NCBI GenBank assembly: GCA_012295275.1
Contig: CM022667.1
Location: 12,772,001 to 12,836,000, forward strand
Origin: Chrysomallon squamiferum
Taxonomy: Eukaryota; Animalia; Mollusca
Length of the DNA stretch: 64,000 nt
Direction of reading: 5' to 3'
Below the pieces are notes generated by a model. It was not told the origin of the DNA. It worked only from the letters and a program-made list of their open reading frames with translations, and made no database searches. Each line of letters opens with the position of its first letter. Position 1 is the stretch's first letter. Positions 1 through 36,730 of this stretch are shown one piece after another. A program made the translations under genes and the position numbers.

Positions 1-448
1 CGGCGAAATCGACGCTGTAAAAAAAAAAAATAATATATATAAAATAAAAATTAATTTTAAAATGTTTTCTTTTTAAAAATCTGTTCATGCATGCAGTACA
101 GCATAAGAAGAAGTAATGAGGATATGTCAGTGATGTTAACGTTATTAATTTAAGGTGATGATATACATTAAAACCTTAATGTTTATTCAAATAATTGTCA
201 AAAATCAGTGAAAATTTAAAACAGTAAATTTAATAAGTAAAGTACTATTGAAATTTGTGAAATCAGTTAAAAAATACATTCAACAGTATTAATGTTTTAA
301 AAGAATTGATTTTTATTTTTTTTTTTTTTTTTTGAAGTGATATGTAATTACTAAGTAAGATATATGTCTAATTCTGTGTGGCTCTGGGATTATGTTGTTT
401 CATTATAATAAATAAAGTGCATAAGGAGAAATTTTATTTACTTTTCAG

Positions 449-1317
449 TTATTTCTTGATGATTGCAGAATGAAGAATTTCACTTCCTGTTTTAAAGGTG
501 GATTATTCTTTTTTCTTCTTTTTAATATGTGTTACTGAAAGATGTATTTGATATTTTACTGAAAAGTGAACAAGCAAATTCTTTAACATGACCATTATTT
601 TATCATCAACCTGAACAATAAGAATGTATTGTAATTTATTCTATTACTTAACATAAGTTTTGTTAAATAAACATTTATTCAGGACTTTTAATGTTTGCTT
701 AGATTTATATAAAGAAAAAACGCAAGATCAACAAATATTCAGACAAAGGACTTGTATGTGCTTGAAACTGTAATTGTTTATGTCTGACAATCAAGATTTT
801 TTGTTTTGTTTAATTATTTATTTATTGAAGAATTAATTAATTTGTTTTTATTGTTTATATTATAATTTCTTTTTATTTTTCAGAGAAGAAATTTCTAGCT
901 TTTTTCTTCTCCAGACTAAAAATTAATGACTTGGATCGTTACAAAGAATTTCCCTATCTCTCACCATGTGGTCGTGAGAGAAATTTTATAAGATGTGAAG
1001 ACAAACCAATTGTTTACACAAGCATCATTACATCAGAGGATCCTAGCAGGCCAGATCAGTTGTCCTACGGAGGAGCAGGAGACCTTCTGACAGTGACTTT
1101 TGAGCCGGACAAAGTCTGTATGTTGCCAGACACTGGAAGAGTGTATTATCCTGCTCAGCCAAAACATGGGTCAGTAGGGTTAATTAAATCCAGTATGGCA
1201 ATAGAGCTGAGCAAACATTTCGAGTTTAAAAATGGTGAAACAAACCCACCAACTCATTTTACTTGGAAAGGTGTTCGGTATACACTTACTAACGAGTTGT
1301 TACCTTTGATGGAATAG
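449..1317 (+). CDS. C8orf82: UPF0598/C8orf82 homologue, last two coding exons (449-497, 884-1317); 5' exon(s) not identified, probably upstream of the window
   Basis: Spliced translation LFLDDCRMKNFTSCFK-EKKFLAFFFSRLKIN...FPYLSPCGRERNFIRCEDKPIVYT matches the recalled family signature (LFLDD..MKNF..CFK, SPCGRERNF.RCED.P.V.T). AG 447-448, GT 498-499 and AG 882-883 are phase-consistent; stop TAG ends at 1317. Confidence 0.9.
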
Positions 1318-2146
1318 ATGTCACATTCAGTGAACAGAGCTTAAGAATACAGTTAACTTTATTTTGGTGTTGTGAACAAACAGCCAGAACATGTTATGTA
1401 TCTCTGAATGATTGTTTTATTTATTGTTAGATATACCTTTCATGGTACAAATATATATATATATATATATATAAAAAGAAAACATTTCATTTGGCAGTAT
1501 ATATATATATATACAAACTGCCAAATTAATTTATATTTTATTTTTATCTTTTTGATAAATCATAAAGTATATCTGTGATGGTAGAGACATATTTTAGCAG
1601 TATTTACATTAAAATAACTGTTAGTTTTCAGATGAACAGACATTATGAAGAATAAAAGTATTATAATAAAATAATGTTACTGATAAACTTATTATGACAT
1701 TTTTCTTTTGTTAAAAATGTATTACGAAATAAGTGATAGATCGACAGTGTCTCAACAGTTTTGCATTAGCAGCAAAATACTGTGTTGAAACTACAGAGCT
1801 AGTTTTTAAGTAAACTGCTACCTCAAACAGACTACAGTTCAAAAACTCTGTATGTATGTATATATGTATATATACATACACATATACACACAGATGCACA
1901 AACATATACACACACACACTCATTTATTTATTGAAATCCAAAATTAATAATAATTCAACATGTTTGAATGATATTGTTTTAATTGTCAGTGGTGATTCAA
2001 TGTGAAAATATAATCAAATTTACAAGAATGAATAAATGCCAAAAATTATTTTCAAAACACATTTGTTTTCATGTTTTTTTACCAAAACATTTACAAAAAT
2101 GTGATAGCAGAGTTTATACGGTTTAAATGAAATGCGAATTCCAACA

Positions 2147-4869
2147 TCATCTGTCTTTATACTTCTGTTTAACATATAATGGGTCATTTGGGTTGTAACA
2201 CAAAATCAGTGAATACATAATATATATATTAACGATGAAAAACACAAGACCTGCTGTCCATATAAATATAAAAGTGTTCAGTCCTTGAAATTCAAGCAAA
2301 TAGGCTGGCAGCAACCATAGAGCCTGAAAAGAAAGAGAAATGTCTTAATAAAAATAAATATTTAAATATTAATGCTTACTGTTTTTTATTATGATGATAA
2401 AAGAAGAACCCAGGCTGCTAACTGTATTTATTAAAAACTTTAAAAAAAATAAACTGAACTAAAATATTTTAACATTTGTACGACTTATGTTAACAAGGTC
2501 TGCAAATCCTTAACATATCTTTAAGAAATGTGAACATCAGTTTAAAACAGATTGATATGCTGTGAACTTATGAAATATTTATATTTTGAATGAATAAGAT
2601 ATAGTTTAATTTATCTATAACAATGGTTAGAAGTTATTACTAACCTGTGCAGAAAACCAGAGAACTGTTAGCAGAATGGTTTTTGATGCTGTCATTTGGA
2701 TTCTTGGTATAATGAGAGGTAGAAGGCACAGATACCAAAGAAAATACTGGAATAAATAAAACTGTTTATTATATGACAATCTATTTTAAATTCACATATG
2801 AAAAAAATCAGTTATCATATTTATTACAGTTAATCATAAAATATGTATTTAGAAAAATTAAATTGATTAAAAAAACATTTTCCACAATAAAAAGTTTATA
2901 TTTCAGTATTTTACATAGAAATAGTCAGAAACACACACACACACACACATTCACACAAAGATATTTATTTATTTATTTATTTATTTATTTATTTTCTGTT
3001 CACCTGAGAAGTACAAACTTTATTTGCTGCAACAAAAGCAAAAGTGTTGAGGAACCAACAGAATGGTGGGTCTTTATAAAACTTGGCTGATATTGTGACA
3101 TGGAACAAGATCTGGGGAATAAATGCCAGGACTCTGACAAACAGAGATGTTTGTGATTCTCCAGACAAATACATCATGTAGAAATATGGAGAGAAATTAT
3201 GTCTCAAGTCTTGACGGACTATGTGATAAATATACGTTTCATAAAGGAACTTCCATCCATACCTTTAAAAAATACATTCAATTATGTTAATATATTACAT
3301 AAGAAGATTAGAAACAAATAAAATGGTAATATTTTATTTAAATGTATAATGTAGATGAATATTTACAATAAAATAATAAGAAATTTCAGACAGGACAAGA
3401 TTTAAAATACGCTGAATATATTTTGATTTATACTTAAGTTTAAAATTTGGCAATATCAGCAGTAAGATGATGTAAAACAAAGAAAACATGAAATAACATG
3501 ATTTATTATATTTCAAGGTAGGAATCTAAATCTTAATTTATTACTGTTTTGAAGAAATCTGCATTAACAAATCTTAAAGTAATAAAAAAAGAATGAAAGT
3601 AGATCAGTTATTATTTGATATCCTTGATTTGTTTTAATTCAGATGAAATAAGCATGTTATTTTTTTTTTAAATTTATAAATTAATGAGGAAAGAAAGATA
3701 AAATCAACCAAATAAAATTGCTGCTGATGTAGGGAAGATAACTCCTGTAGATCTGTAAAAAAAAAAAAATAAGAAAAGACAACAATCTTACATATTATAA
3801 AACAGTGATGTCAGACCTCCAACAATGATTACTCCTACAGCAATAAAAATTCCTCTGTCTTTGTTTGGTAGAAGACCAATCAGAAATGATTTTGAGAAGC
3901 CATTACAGTTCTTCTTATTGTCATTTCTTCCATTTTTTCCTAACAGAAGATAGATCGGCAAGAGCATACACTATAGGATATATTTTGAAGTGAACTGCAA
4001 TGGCATATGTCACAGCAGCTGTTAATATCTGCTCATGATGGAGTAACAACAAAGTTAATGTTACCAAAAATGTCAGAATGGATTCTGCATTTCCTCGACA
4101 AGATACTGTCATTGTCAAGGGATTCATCAACCATAAACAGGAACAGATGGCAGCCATTTTTGGTGAGCTTCCATTCGAAAATGAGATTCTGTTGATAAGA
4201 ATTCCTGTGATGATGTCGAAAAATACAAAAAGAAGTTTACCAAACACAGGAGACCAAATATTTGGAAGAAGAAGATATGCAAGAAGTGGAGTATAGCGAT
4301 AGGTTGATCTGTCATATGGTGATTTTCCCTAAAATGAAATAAAATAAAACATCAAGTGCCATGTGTAAATCTTATTATACAGAGGGAAGAATGAATGAAT
4401 GAATTGATTAATGGAAGAATGGAAAAATAAAAGGTTTGATAAAAGGATGTAGGAATGTATGTATGAATATCTGTTTCTAGAGCACAGATGTTTCTGTGTA
4501 TCACGCACCATGAAGATTTTTATTTAGATACACATAAATTAGATGTTCAACAGAGTAAAAAAACAGTTTTTTTTTTTCAATGCAATTTGAGCATTTGTTT
4601 ATTATATATATATATATATACTAAATAAAAATCTTCTGCATGTAAAAAAAAAACAAAAAAAAATTATATAATATATATATATATATATAAAATGTAGAAG
4701 GAAAAAGGGAAGTTGATTAATATATTACCTCAGCCACAAATTTAGCTGCATCAGTAAAGACATAATAGTCAACATCTGTGAATTTCACAGCCATTGTCAC
4801 ATCTTGCCAGTGTCCATAAGCAATGAGACCAAGTCTCATAATGGCAGCTACTAAATAAAACTTGTACAT
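2147..4869 (-). CDS. PIGM: GPI mannosyltransferase 1 (PIG-M); exons 4869-4729, 4328-3792, 3262-3004, 2746-2645, 2323-2147; about 404 aa after correcting one apparent +1 frameshift near 3960
   Basis: Motifs VKFTDVDYYVFTDAA (DXD), SPYDRSTYRYTPLLA, NPLTMTVSCRGNAES, HFKIYPIVY, RQDLRHNFSPYFY, FVAANKVCTSQYFLWY and LWLLPAYLLEFQG; all introns GT-AG. A few more N-terminal codons may come from an upstream exon (acceptor just above 4877). Confidence 0.93.
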
Positions 4870-5339
4870 ATTTTTGTCTGCAATACAAAAATATTTTATT
4901 TAGATTTCAAAAGTTCACATATTTTGGAGATTTTTTAGAATAAATTATAGCTAACATGAACCACATCCAGTTTATATCAAGCACAGATGAAACAACTGAG
5001 CTAACAAGAAAAAAAAATTCAACTAATTTATCTTTTAAATTAATTTTTGTCATGTTATATTTTAATCGTAACTATTAAATTTTGCTATACCATACAATAG
5101 ATTGTACAAGTTACTATTAGTAACACTGAAAATCATACATTCTCTGTATCAATTGTACTGTTAATAGTATTTGTGCATACTACCAATATAATCTTACGAC
5201 TTCTGGCAAAATTATACTTTATAACTATACTATAGATGTTGTTATAATGAAACCAGGTATTTATGACGTATGATGCTGATAATATTAAAAATCTGTTATA
5301 CTAAATAATGAAATTATTTATACAACTTGAATTAATTGT

Positions 5340-5580
5340 TAAAGATACGTCACGTATAAAATAAAATAAATGTATACTTCACGTGTATATGCAACATTTC
5401 GTATACAAAACACAAATCCAGTAAGGGAGATAACTCTAAAACATTATTTACACATGGTACGCAAACAGTACACCTCCAGTGTTATTACTAAAAATAATGT
5501 GGAAACAAGAAACATCCGTAAATTAATCAAACATTAATTCAGATTACTTTCTTAGAACGGTTTATAAGATATACAGGTAA
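5340..5580. promoter_or_regulatory. Probable bidirectional promoter region between PIGM and ASTE1
   Basis: Start codons diverge 1.4 kb apart; local CpG enrichment (e.g. acgtcacgt, cacgtg); plus-strand donor CAG|GTAAAA at 5576/5577 and acceptor at 6127-6128 suggest an ASTE1 5'UTR intron. The position is inferred. Confidence 0.4.
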
Positions 5581-6274
5581 AACATTCTTTTCTTTAAAAA
5601 CAACTATTTATGATTTTGTTATGGTTTAATTTTTTTATAACTTGAACTTCCTACTTCTACTCTATTTTTGTGGATTACTATTGGGTTTTTTTCATTTCTA
5701 TTTTTGAAGTAAAGAATTTTAATAACGCAATAAAAAATAGAAATAACGATAAAGATAATAATGATAATAACAATTTAGGGGTATTTTCACAATGAAAATA
5801 ATTATGATAAAAATAACAATAACAAACAACATGTTATAATAATAAGAAGAAGAAGAAGAAAAATAAATAAATCAATAAATAAATCAATAAATCAATAAAT
5901 AAATCAATAAATAAGTAAATATCTAAACAAAACTGCCACTTTGATTAGAACTGTTTGTCATTATATACTCCAAAGGGTTAATTGGTCTCATTATTTTTAA
6001 AATTATTAATTCAGAAACATATGTTTGATTGGAATTAGGAAAACAAATTTTTAACAGTGTTAATTAAATGTTTTTAATGCTGGTTCAATAGTAACTGTTT
6101 CATAAATATGTCTCTTCTGTCTTTACAGCATTGCCAACAAGGATTTCAGTGATTAAAATGAAACCAAAAATTAACAAATGAACAAAGACAACATCTCTGT
6201 CATAAAATTAAAAAAATATTTAATTATTCTTTTTTAAATTAACAATTAAATTTCACTGGTTTTGAAATTTAAGA

Positions 6275-8506
6275 ATGGGAGTTCGAGGGCTAACAACTTT
6301 TATAGACTGCAATCCCCATTTTCTTCAAGACCACCGTTTCCATGACAGTAAACTGGTGATAGATGGAAACAACTTTTATTATTTTCTCTATTACTATTGC
6401 CACGTCCGGTATCAGTTTGGTGGTGATTATGACCAGTATTCAAAAAAGGTTAAAGAGATCTTTCAGACATTGAGAGCATGCAACATTGAACCATATGTCG
6501 TCTTTGATGGTGGTTATGAAACAGATGGAAGGAAACTGAAGACAACACTGAACAGAGCTAAAGAAAGGATACATCTAGCAGGTTTCATTTCTCATGGGAG
6601 ACACGGAAAAGTCCTACCAATTCTTGCTTACGAAACGTTCAAAACAACACTGGATTTGATTGGTGTTCCTCATGTAACATGTGACTTTGAAGCTGATCGG
6701 CAGTTGGTTACCTTGGCAAACATGTGGAACTGTCCACTTCTCAGTAATGACAGTGATTTTTTTATATTCAACTTGAAAGCTGGACTTATTATTTTAGATT
6801 ATGTTGACTTCAGAATAAGTTATGCTGAAGATGAACAATCTGGTGAAAAGTTTTCATTTATATCCACTCAGTTATTTCACATAGAACATTTTGTTAAGAG
6901 TGTGAAAGGAATTGATAAGTCATGCATGCCTTTGTTTGCATCTCTGTTGGGCAATGACTTTGTTGATCCAGGAATATTTGGACCATTCTTCTCTCAACTT
7001 AAATATTCCCAAAAATCCACAAAGAATAAAACCTCAACATCAAAAAAGTTTTCAAAAATGTTTGCTGTTTTACAATGGTTGAGACAATGTAGAAATATAT
7101 CTGAAGCTACTGCATCCCTTCTTGACAACTTTAAAACTTCTAAACAGCAATATATACATACCATTTTGGACAAATCAGTAAAATCTTACACAGATCCAGA
7201 AACATTTGAATCATTTCATCTTCTGAATTACTTTCAAGGTGACCCAAGAACAGAATCTTCAATGCACACAGAGGAGTGCAAAGCTTACAATGGATCCTCT
7301 CTTCCTGTCTGGTTTGTCCAGTCACTGAGATGTGGTTACTTCAGTGGATTCTACATCCAGAACTCCATAGTTTTACACCGCATCGTTCAGCAGACCCAGG
7401 TGGAAGATCTAAGTCAACCATCAACTTATGTCATGACTGAGAAAATCAGGAGAGTCATGTATGGAATTCTTTTGAAGGAAGACATTGCTACAGTGAAGGA
7501 CCAGAACAGTTCAAATCAGTCTCAGCATGTAGTGGAATATGTCAGGGAAATGAAAAACTTGAAGAAGATCCAAGTAGCTCCAATCATGGACCTGCCTGGA
7601 TTTGGTGAACTTCCAACTATCAGTGATGTTCTGTTATGTTCTGTCACAAGACGTCAACAGATTATTCTGGAAACTTTATCAATTGAAAGAAAATTTATTA
7701 GTCAGTTTTCTCCTGACTTGCAGCTCATCATGGCTTGTGTTTTATACTGGATTACCAATGCTGAACCAAAGGTAACTAAGCATCATCTGGATGCTGTTCT
7801 AATGTGTTTTATTTTCCTTCATACCAAGGCAAGACTTGAAAGAAGTGATTCAGCAGAGACAACTGTAAATGAATTAATATTGTCTTCTAGTCAGAGAAAT
7901 GAAAATGTCTCAGAACCTGTATGTGAAATTAGTGTTACACACACTGTTACAAATGTAGCAACAGAGAAAGAGTTGACAATGGTCTGTAATAATCTTAACA
8001 AACACCACAAAGAAATGCAGAAAGTTACAAACTCAAATCCCATTGAACCTCGCGTCACTCATGGATTTTCACAGCTCCAGGCTTGCATCTTGGACACAAT
8101 ACATCTCAACCAGGTCCTCCTCTGTCCATTCTTAAATCCAGATCTGCCAACACTTATAAACTGTACATTTCTGTACAATCTGTGTAGAGACCTCCATGTA
8201 AGAGCAGACACAAAGATCTGTATCCAGGGAATGCTGATCAAAGGATCACCTCTTGCAGATATTTTTATCAGCATGCAGTCAGCTGTTTTGGGAGTAATTT
8301 CTGAAGATGTCTTTTATGAATCCAAGAGCAAGAAAAAGAAGAATGCCAGAAAGCGAGACAAGAAGAAAATGGTAAAGAGTGAAATATCGGAATGTGCTGA
8401 AGATTCAGAGAATGTGAATACAGAGAATCAGTTTGACACTGTTGCATCATGTGATCTTGATAATAAATTTAGTGCACTTCTACTTGATGGTAATACATGC
8501 CTGTAG
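6275..8506 (+). CDS. ASTE1: Protein asteroid homolog 1 (XPG/FEN1-like PIN nuclease), 743 aa, single coding exon
   Basis: Uninterrupted ORF beginning MGVRGLTTFI with XPG-N/I motifs LVIDGNN, FGGDYD, YVVFDGG, FEADRQL, LSNDSDF and LLGNDF, plus the asteroid-type C-terminal HGFSQLQAC...LNQVL; Lys-rich NLS-like tail. Confidence 0.93.
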   Translation: MGVRGLTTFIDCNPHFLQDHRFHDSKLVIDGNNFYYFLYYYCHVRYQFGGDYDQYSKKVKEIFQTLRACNIEPYVVFDGGYETDGRKLKTTLNRAKERIHLAGFISHGRHGKVLPILAYETFKTTLDLIGVPHVTCDFEADRQLVTLANMWNCPLLSNDSDFFIFNLKAGLIILDYVDFRISYAEDEQSGEKFSFISTQLFHIEHFVKSVKGIDKSCMPLFASLLGNDFVDPGIFGPFFSQLKYSQKSTKNKTSTSKKFSKMFAVLQWLRQCRNISEATASLLDNFKTSKQQYIHTILDKSVKSYTDPETFESFHLLNYFQGDPRTESSMHTEECKAYNGSSLPVWFVQSLRCGYFSGFYIQNSIVLHRIVQQTQVEDLSQPSTYVMTEKIRRVMYGILLKEDIATVKDQNSSNQSQHVVEYVREMKNLKKIQVAPIMDLPGFGELPTISDVLLCSVTRRQQIILETLSIERKFISQFSPDLQLIMACVLYWITNAEPKVTKHHLDAVLMCFIFLHTKARLERSDSAETTVNELILSSSQRNENVSEPVCEISVTHTVTNVATEKELTMVCNNLNKHHKEMQKVTNSNPIEPRVTHGFSQLQACILDTIHLNQVLLCPFLNPDLPTLINCTFLYNLCRDLHVRADTKICIQGMLIKGSPLADIFISMQSAVLGVISEDVFYESKSKKKKNARKRDKKKMVKSEISECAEDSENVNTENQFDTVASCDLDNKFSALLLDGNTCL

Positions 8507-8998
8507 ATGCAGTAGAAATAAAACAAATGTTCATTGTCTAACTTTACCAAGTTATCAGAATTTTCAGAGGATAAGTAAAAAATCATAAAATAATTTTAGA
8601 ATGAAAACAGGTGGATGATGATCGTGATAGAAATTATAGAAATAATTTTTAAATTGTTAAATGGATTGAAAATCCATGTGTTATATTCAGTGGTTATCTT
8701 TAAACCTTTATATGTTTGCAATAACTTAAAACAGGGTTTTATGTGCTTTTAACATGTTTATCATTATTAAATCAATTTTAATACTTCCACTCTGTTTTTG
8801 AAGTTCATGTTTTAGTTGGTGGAGAGAGGATAAAAGTTTTCATGTATCTTGATGGAACAGAACAATGTAGCACATAATAGTACAAGCAGGTGAATACATG
8901 TTCCTTTGTGACCATCTGTCTTTATATTCATCTGAAAAGTTATACAGGTAGTTTAATACCAATATCGTTTTAAAAATCTTCAAAATAAATCAGTAACA

Positions 8999-9048
<50 letters not shown>

Positions 9049-9499
9049 TAAAATATAACATTACGTAAATTAAAAAATAAAAAAATAATAAAAATAAATA
9101 AAATAAAATAAATAAAAGGAAAACAAAAACCTTAGTAAGGATGGAAAATATTTATGCGCATTCTAATATTATTATTATTAGTGTTAAACGTGTAAGTAGC
9201 ACACGATCAGCAGCAAAAAAATATTTTATATGCACAAACCCACACATACCAAAGTGATTGATAAAACAACCATATGACAGGCTGAACAGCGGTATTAGTT
9301 CAACAGATACACTAAAACAGATCGATCCTTCACGCCTTTGAGTTAAAAATAGTCATAGAGGACGCTTCAGAAACGAATTAAATGCGTTAATACTGTAGTA
9401 TTTATTTTGTGCGCGTACACATGGAAACATACATACATACATAAAGCCAGATACATATATATATATAGACGAACACGGTTTAACTTAGAACCACATTAA

Positions 9500-9550
<51 letters not shown>

Positions 9551-9896
9551 TAGTAAATAAATAATTTTAAAATACCAGCAGCGTGATGCGCAATAAATAT
9601 GTTTAACTGTTGCTTATAATCCGTTTTCGAAACCCGGCTGTCACAACGTCTTCAAAGTCAAAAACGTAATGTAAAAATGTTCGAATATTTCATAAAAATA
9701 AAAACTCTTAAAATAAACAGGTGCAAGACAATGTAAAAAACTGCACTTAAATCATAACTGAAGAATGTCAGTATGTCACTGCTTCAAATTATGTTAGACA
9801 AAAGTAGTTTTCACTTAACATTACAATTCCAACTAAACTAATACATCTTTAATTAATAACGTTTTGTTAAATTAGTAACAATATTCCTGACATTTG

Positions 9897-9929
<33 letters not shown>

Positions 9930-10443
9930 TATAAAAAAAAAAAAAAAAAAAAAAAAACTAACTAACTAAATAAATAAATAAGTAAATTAATAATGGCGTC
10001 ACACGTTCTTTTCGGTTCTAATAATGGCGACCTTGTACATTACAGTCTAAAAAAACCTGACACCATCGTCTAAGATATGAAAATGATCACCAAACAACAC
10101 GTTCGTAGCTTACAGCTGATGGGGACATATTTATTTATTACTCATTCACACACTTCTTAATTAACACCTTCGAGTTACATACATACTCATGGTTCTGTTA
10201 TTTCATTCGCGACTCCCGTTCTTTAAGATGAATCAGAAAGAGCGCACTTGTTTTTATCGCGTTTATCCACATAAATACATTATTAGTACTGACAGTATTA
10301 GTATTACTGTTGTTGTTATTAAAGAGTATCTTTTAATGTCAGTTAATTTATTTTACACTGGAAATGTCTAGCGGAGGAAACCTGCCAGACATTTTGCACA
10401 AAAAACAAAATATTTAAATAAATATTAAACCAAAAATTTAAAT

Positions 10444-10484
<41 letters not shown>

Positions 10485-10538
10485 AATGATGATTTTGGAT
10501 CAGCTGTTTATTTTACTTTAAAGTATTATATCATTAAC

Positions 10539-10602
<64 letters not shown>

Positions 10603-11484
10603 TAAGAATATAAAAATATGATATACTTATTTAAGACAAATATATGATTTAATTATTAAAAATCGCTTCGCATTATAAAAAGAATATTTTTGGTTTTTTC
10701 TTTTATAATAATAGTAATAATAAACTAAAAAACAAACAAACCAAAATCCAAAAAAAAAAACAAAAAAACCCGACAACTCGTAAATAATAATTTAATGAAG
10801 CAGAAATATATTTAACACTGAACAAAAAAAAAAAAAAAAAAGTTTTTAGTATTAATTTTTGTTATCTCACTGGCGTGAACATAACAGAACAACAAGAGAG
10901 AAATTTATGGGAGCACACATCAGGAGGGCGTGGGGGACAATTGCTCTCCAAAATTCAGGGTAAACGGTGGACCTAGTTCGGCCAAAGGAAAAAAAAAGTA
11001 ATAATAATAATATATATATATATATATATACTCGTGTTTTTAACCATGTAAAATTTCGGATGTTAATTCAGAATTGCCTCGAGCCAATAGAGAAGATTGA
11101 TTATTTTATTAACTGAAAACATTAACATTCATAATCATAATAGTACGTAATTTTTAAAACTGTATATTTAATTCCTTAACGAGCACAACTTTTGCTAACA
11201 AAAAAAAAAAAAAAATAAAAAAAATAAAATAAATAAATAATAATAATAATAAAAATAAAAATAACCATATCAAAATGCTAAATAAAAATAAGAATTTAGA
11301 TTTTTCGTTAAAATAGAATTATAGACATGTTTTAATAGTGTTTGAAACTGTTTTATTTAGCATTTTTAAAACATGGAATAATCATTTTAACATGCATGTT
11401 CTGTCACGCTAATTATATATTTACAAGAGCAAGCAACCATAACAATAATAATAATAATAAAATAACCATTGTGAACAAAAATGG

Positions 11485-11524
<40 letters not shown>

Positions 11525-11957
11525 ATAATAATAAAAAAAAAAAAAAATAAATAAATAAATAAATAAAAGTGGAGCATTCGGAATTACTCGTCATTTTCCG
11601 TGAGAGAGATTGAACCTTAGTTTGTCTGCTGTCCGAAGAGGGTATCGAATAAATACTATGATCATTAAACAATTAAGTTTACAAATACAAAAAATAAATA
11701 AGTCTTTGTGTTGATGCGCATGAGTTGAAATCTTTAATGAATACAATACGTTCTCAGATATAAGTGCATAAGTTACATTTTGTTATTGCTAAACCAATCC
11801 AACACCCCTGTGTTGTCAATGAAACATTCTTGTTTACAGCGCCTGACGGAAAGAGAACTAGGCTTTGGTCTGAATCCAACAAACAGAAATATCGCCGGTC
11901 CACGTGTAGTGTAGACGGCTTGTTTGTTGTTGTAGTGAATGCTGTCAATTAAAAAAG

Positions 11958-34759
<22,802 letters not shown>

Positions 34760-35759
34760 ACTCCTTCAAGAACAAGAGATCAAGAACCAGAAGTAATTAA
34801 CAGGGATTACTGTAATACAGCACAAAGAACAAGATTTTTCTGTTTATTTAAAATTCTTTTTATTTCTTTTACAAATTTATGTTCCGTCTAAGCTTTGGTG
34901 TTTTGAGTTTCATTGTTGTTGCTTTTTGGGGAGGTTTCTGCTTTTTTTTATTATTATTTTTTTTAAAATAATAAAAAAATTTAAAAAAAAATTATATTCT
35001 TTCATTGATATATAACATTTTTTTTTTGGGATTTTGTGATTGGTTTATTTATTTATTTTCTTAATTATTATTATTATTATTATTATTTTTAAAATTTTAA
35101 AATTACTCATTATTTTCAGAAAATATAAAATATATGAGGTTAATTGCTATGCAAGATTTTGCAATTCAAAAATCACATAAGGAAGTGCAATTTAAGCATT
35201 CTAGCATGACATCCAGGCAAATACAACATAAATGTAGTAAACTCTACACATATTTTTATATGTTCAGTTATAGCTGATTAATGATAGCAAAATTTTTCTA
35301 ACTGCCATAAAGGAAAAAAGAAATTTTTCCAAAAAAAGCAACAAAAATCACGTGTGTGTGTATGTATTTAAATAAATAAATAAATATATATATATACATA
35401 TGGGTTAGGCATTCTTCAGTTTAAATGTTTGAATTTGTGGCAAGAACAAGAGTTTAAGATTTTTTAGGTTTTTAGTTTTCAGATTTTGGATACGTGATAC
35501 TGAACAAATGATTTGTGTGTACCTTTCACTGAATCTGTTTTTAGTTAGGGGTAAAAGAACTGTTTACATGATAAACACTGCCGATGATATATTATTTTTA
35601 ATTTACATATTAATATTCAAATATTCAAACAACTAATTTTTCTATATTTAAATTTGTTTATTTTGTCTTTTTCAGTTCATTACTGTTATTTTTAAAGGTA
35701 ACTATTTTCATGAAAAATAAACTATATTAAACCATTTTTGGTAAATAATTTTTGACTTT

Positions 35760-35960
35760 TTGGTCAAATTCATGAAATTGGTTAGATAAATTTTCTCACT
35801 CTTAAGTTACTGATTGGTAGATTTTATTATTATTATTATTATTATTAAATTTTTGTTATAATTTGGTCAAATTCATGAAATTTGTTAGATAAATTCTCTC
35901 TCTTAATTTTTGATTGGCAGATTTTATTATTATTATTATAATTATTAAATTTTTATTATT
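35760..35960. repeat. Direct duplication, 2 x about 103 bp
   Basis: tggtcaaattcatgaaatt.gttagataaatt occurs at 35761 and 35864. Confidence 0.85.
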
Positions 35961-36519
35961 ATGAATACTATTACTAAATATTATTATTATCATAAGTATA
36001 GATATTATGACAGATTTTTTCAATGATAAAAGGAACAACAACAACAAAAAACGTTATTGATGAGTTTTTTATAATTTTAAGTTTGTGCTAACAATTTTTT
36101 TTTCTTTATTTGCCACAGTTGGCTCATTTAATTTCTCCAGTGCTTTCATGCTGTTTTATCATTTGGAATTATGATCCATCTTTTTATATTATCATCAATC
36201 TGTAAATAGAATATAGTTTATTTTTTGTCAGCTAAAATCGGTAAAACATTCTGCCTTCCATTAAAATTAATTTTATCAAAAACTTTTTTCGTCCACTTGT
36301 ACATATTAAATTTTATTTTTGTTTTATGATAGCCGATATTTATTTTGGTAACGTGGGTTTTGTAAGAAACATCTGAAACATTCATATGTTTCACTCAAAA
36401 TGTGCTTCCATTAATAATAAATTGATATTTTTAAAAATCATTTTTAAAACTCTGCCTCTATATATATATATATTTTTTTTTTCTTTTATTGTTTTGATCT
36501 CAGGTTATGTATATATATT

Positions 36520-36730
36520 CATTGTTAGTAAAACAATTTTATGTTATTTGTTGTTGACAGTAAAACATTTTTATGCTGTTTACTGTCGACAATAAAACAT
36601 TTTTATGCTATTTGCTATTGATTGCAAAATATTTTTATGTTATTTGTTGACAGTAAAACCGTTTTTTGTTATTTGCCATTGACAGCGAAACATTTTTATG
36701 TCGTTCACTGTTGATGGTAAAACACTTGTA
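36520..36730. repeat. Minisatellite, unit about 33 bp
   Basis: gttgacagtaaaacatttttatg-like units, about 6-7 copies. Confidence 0.8.

Noticed and set aside
4007-4315. Short ORFs overlapping PIGM, and likewise those antisense to ASTE1 and copine exons
   Set aside because: Shadow frames of real coding exons.
10905-11100. GC-richer patches resembling hAT-type MITE ends (also about 31915-32070)
   Set aside because: No matching TIR pair or target-site duplication could be identified.
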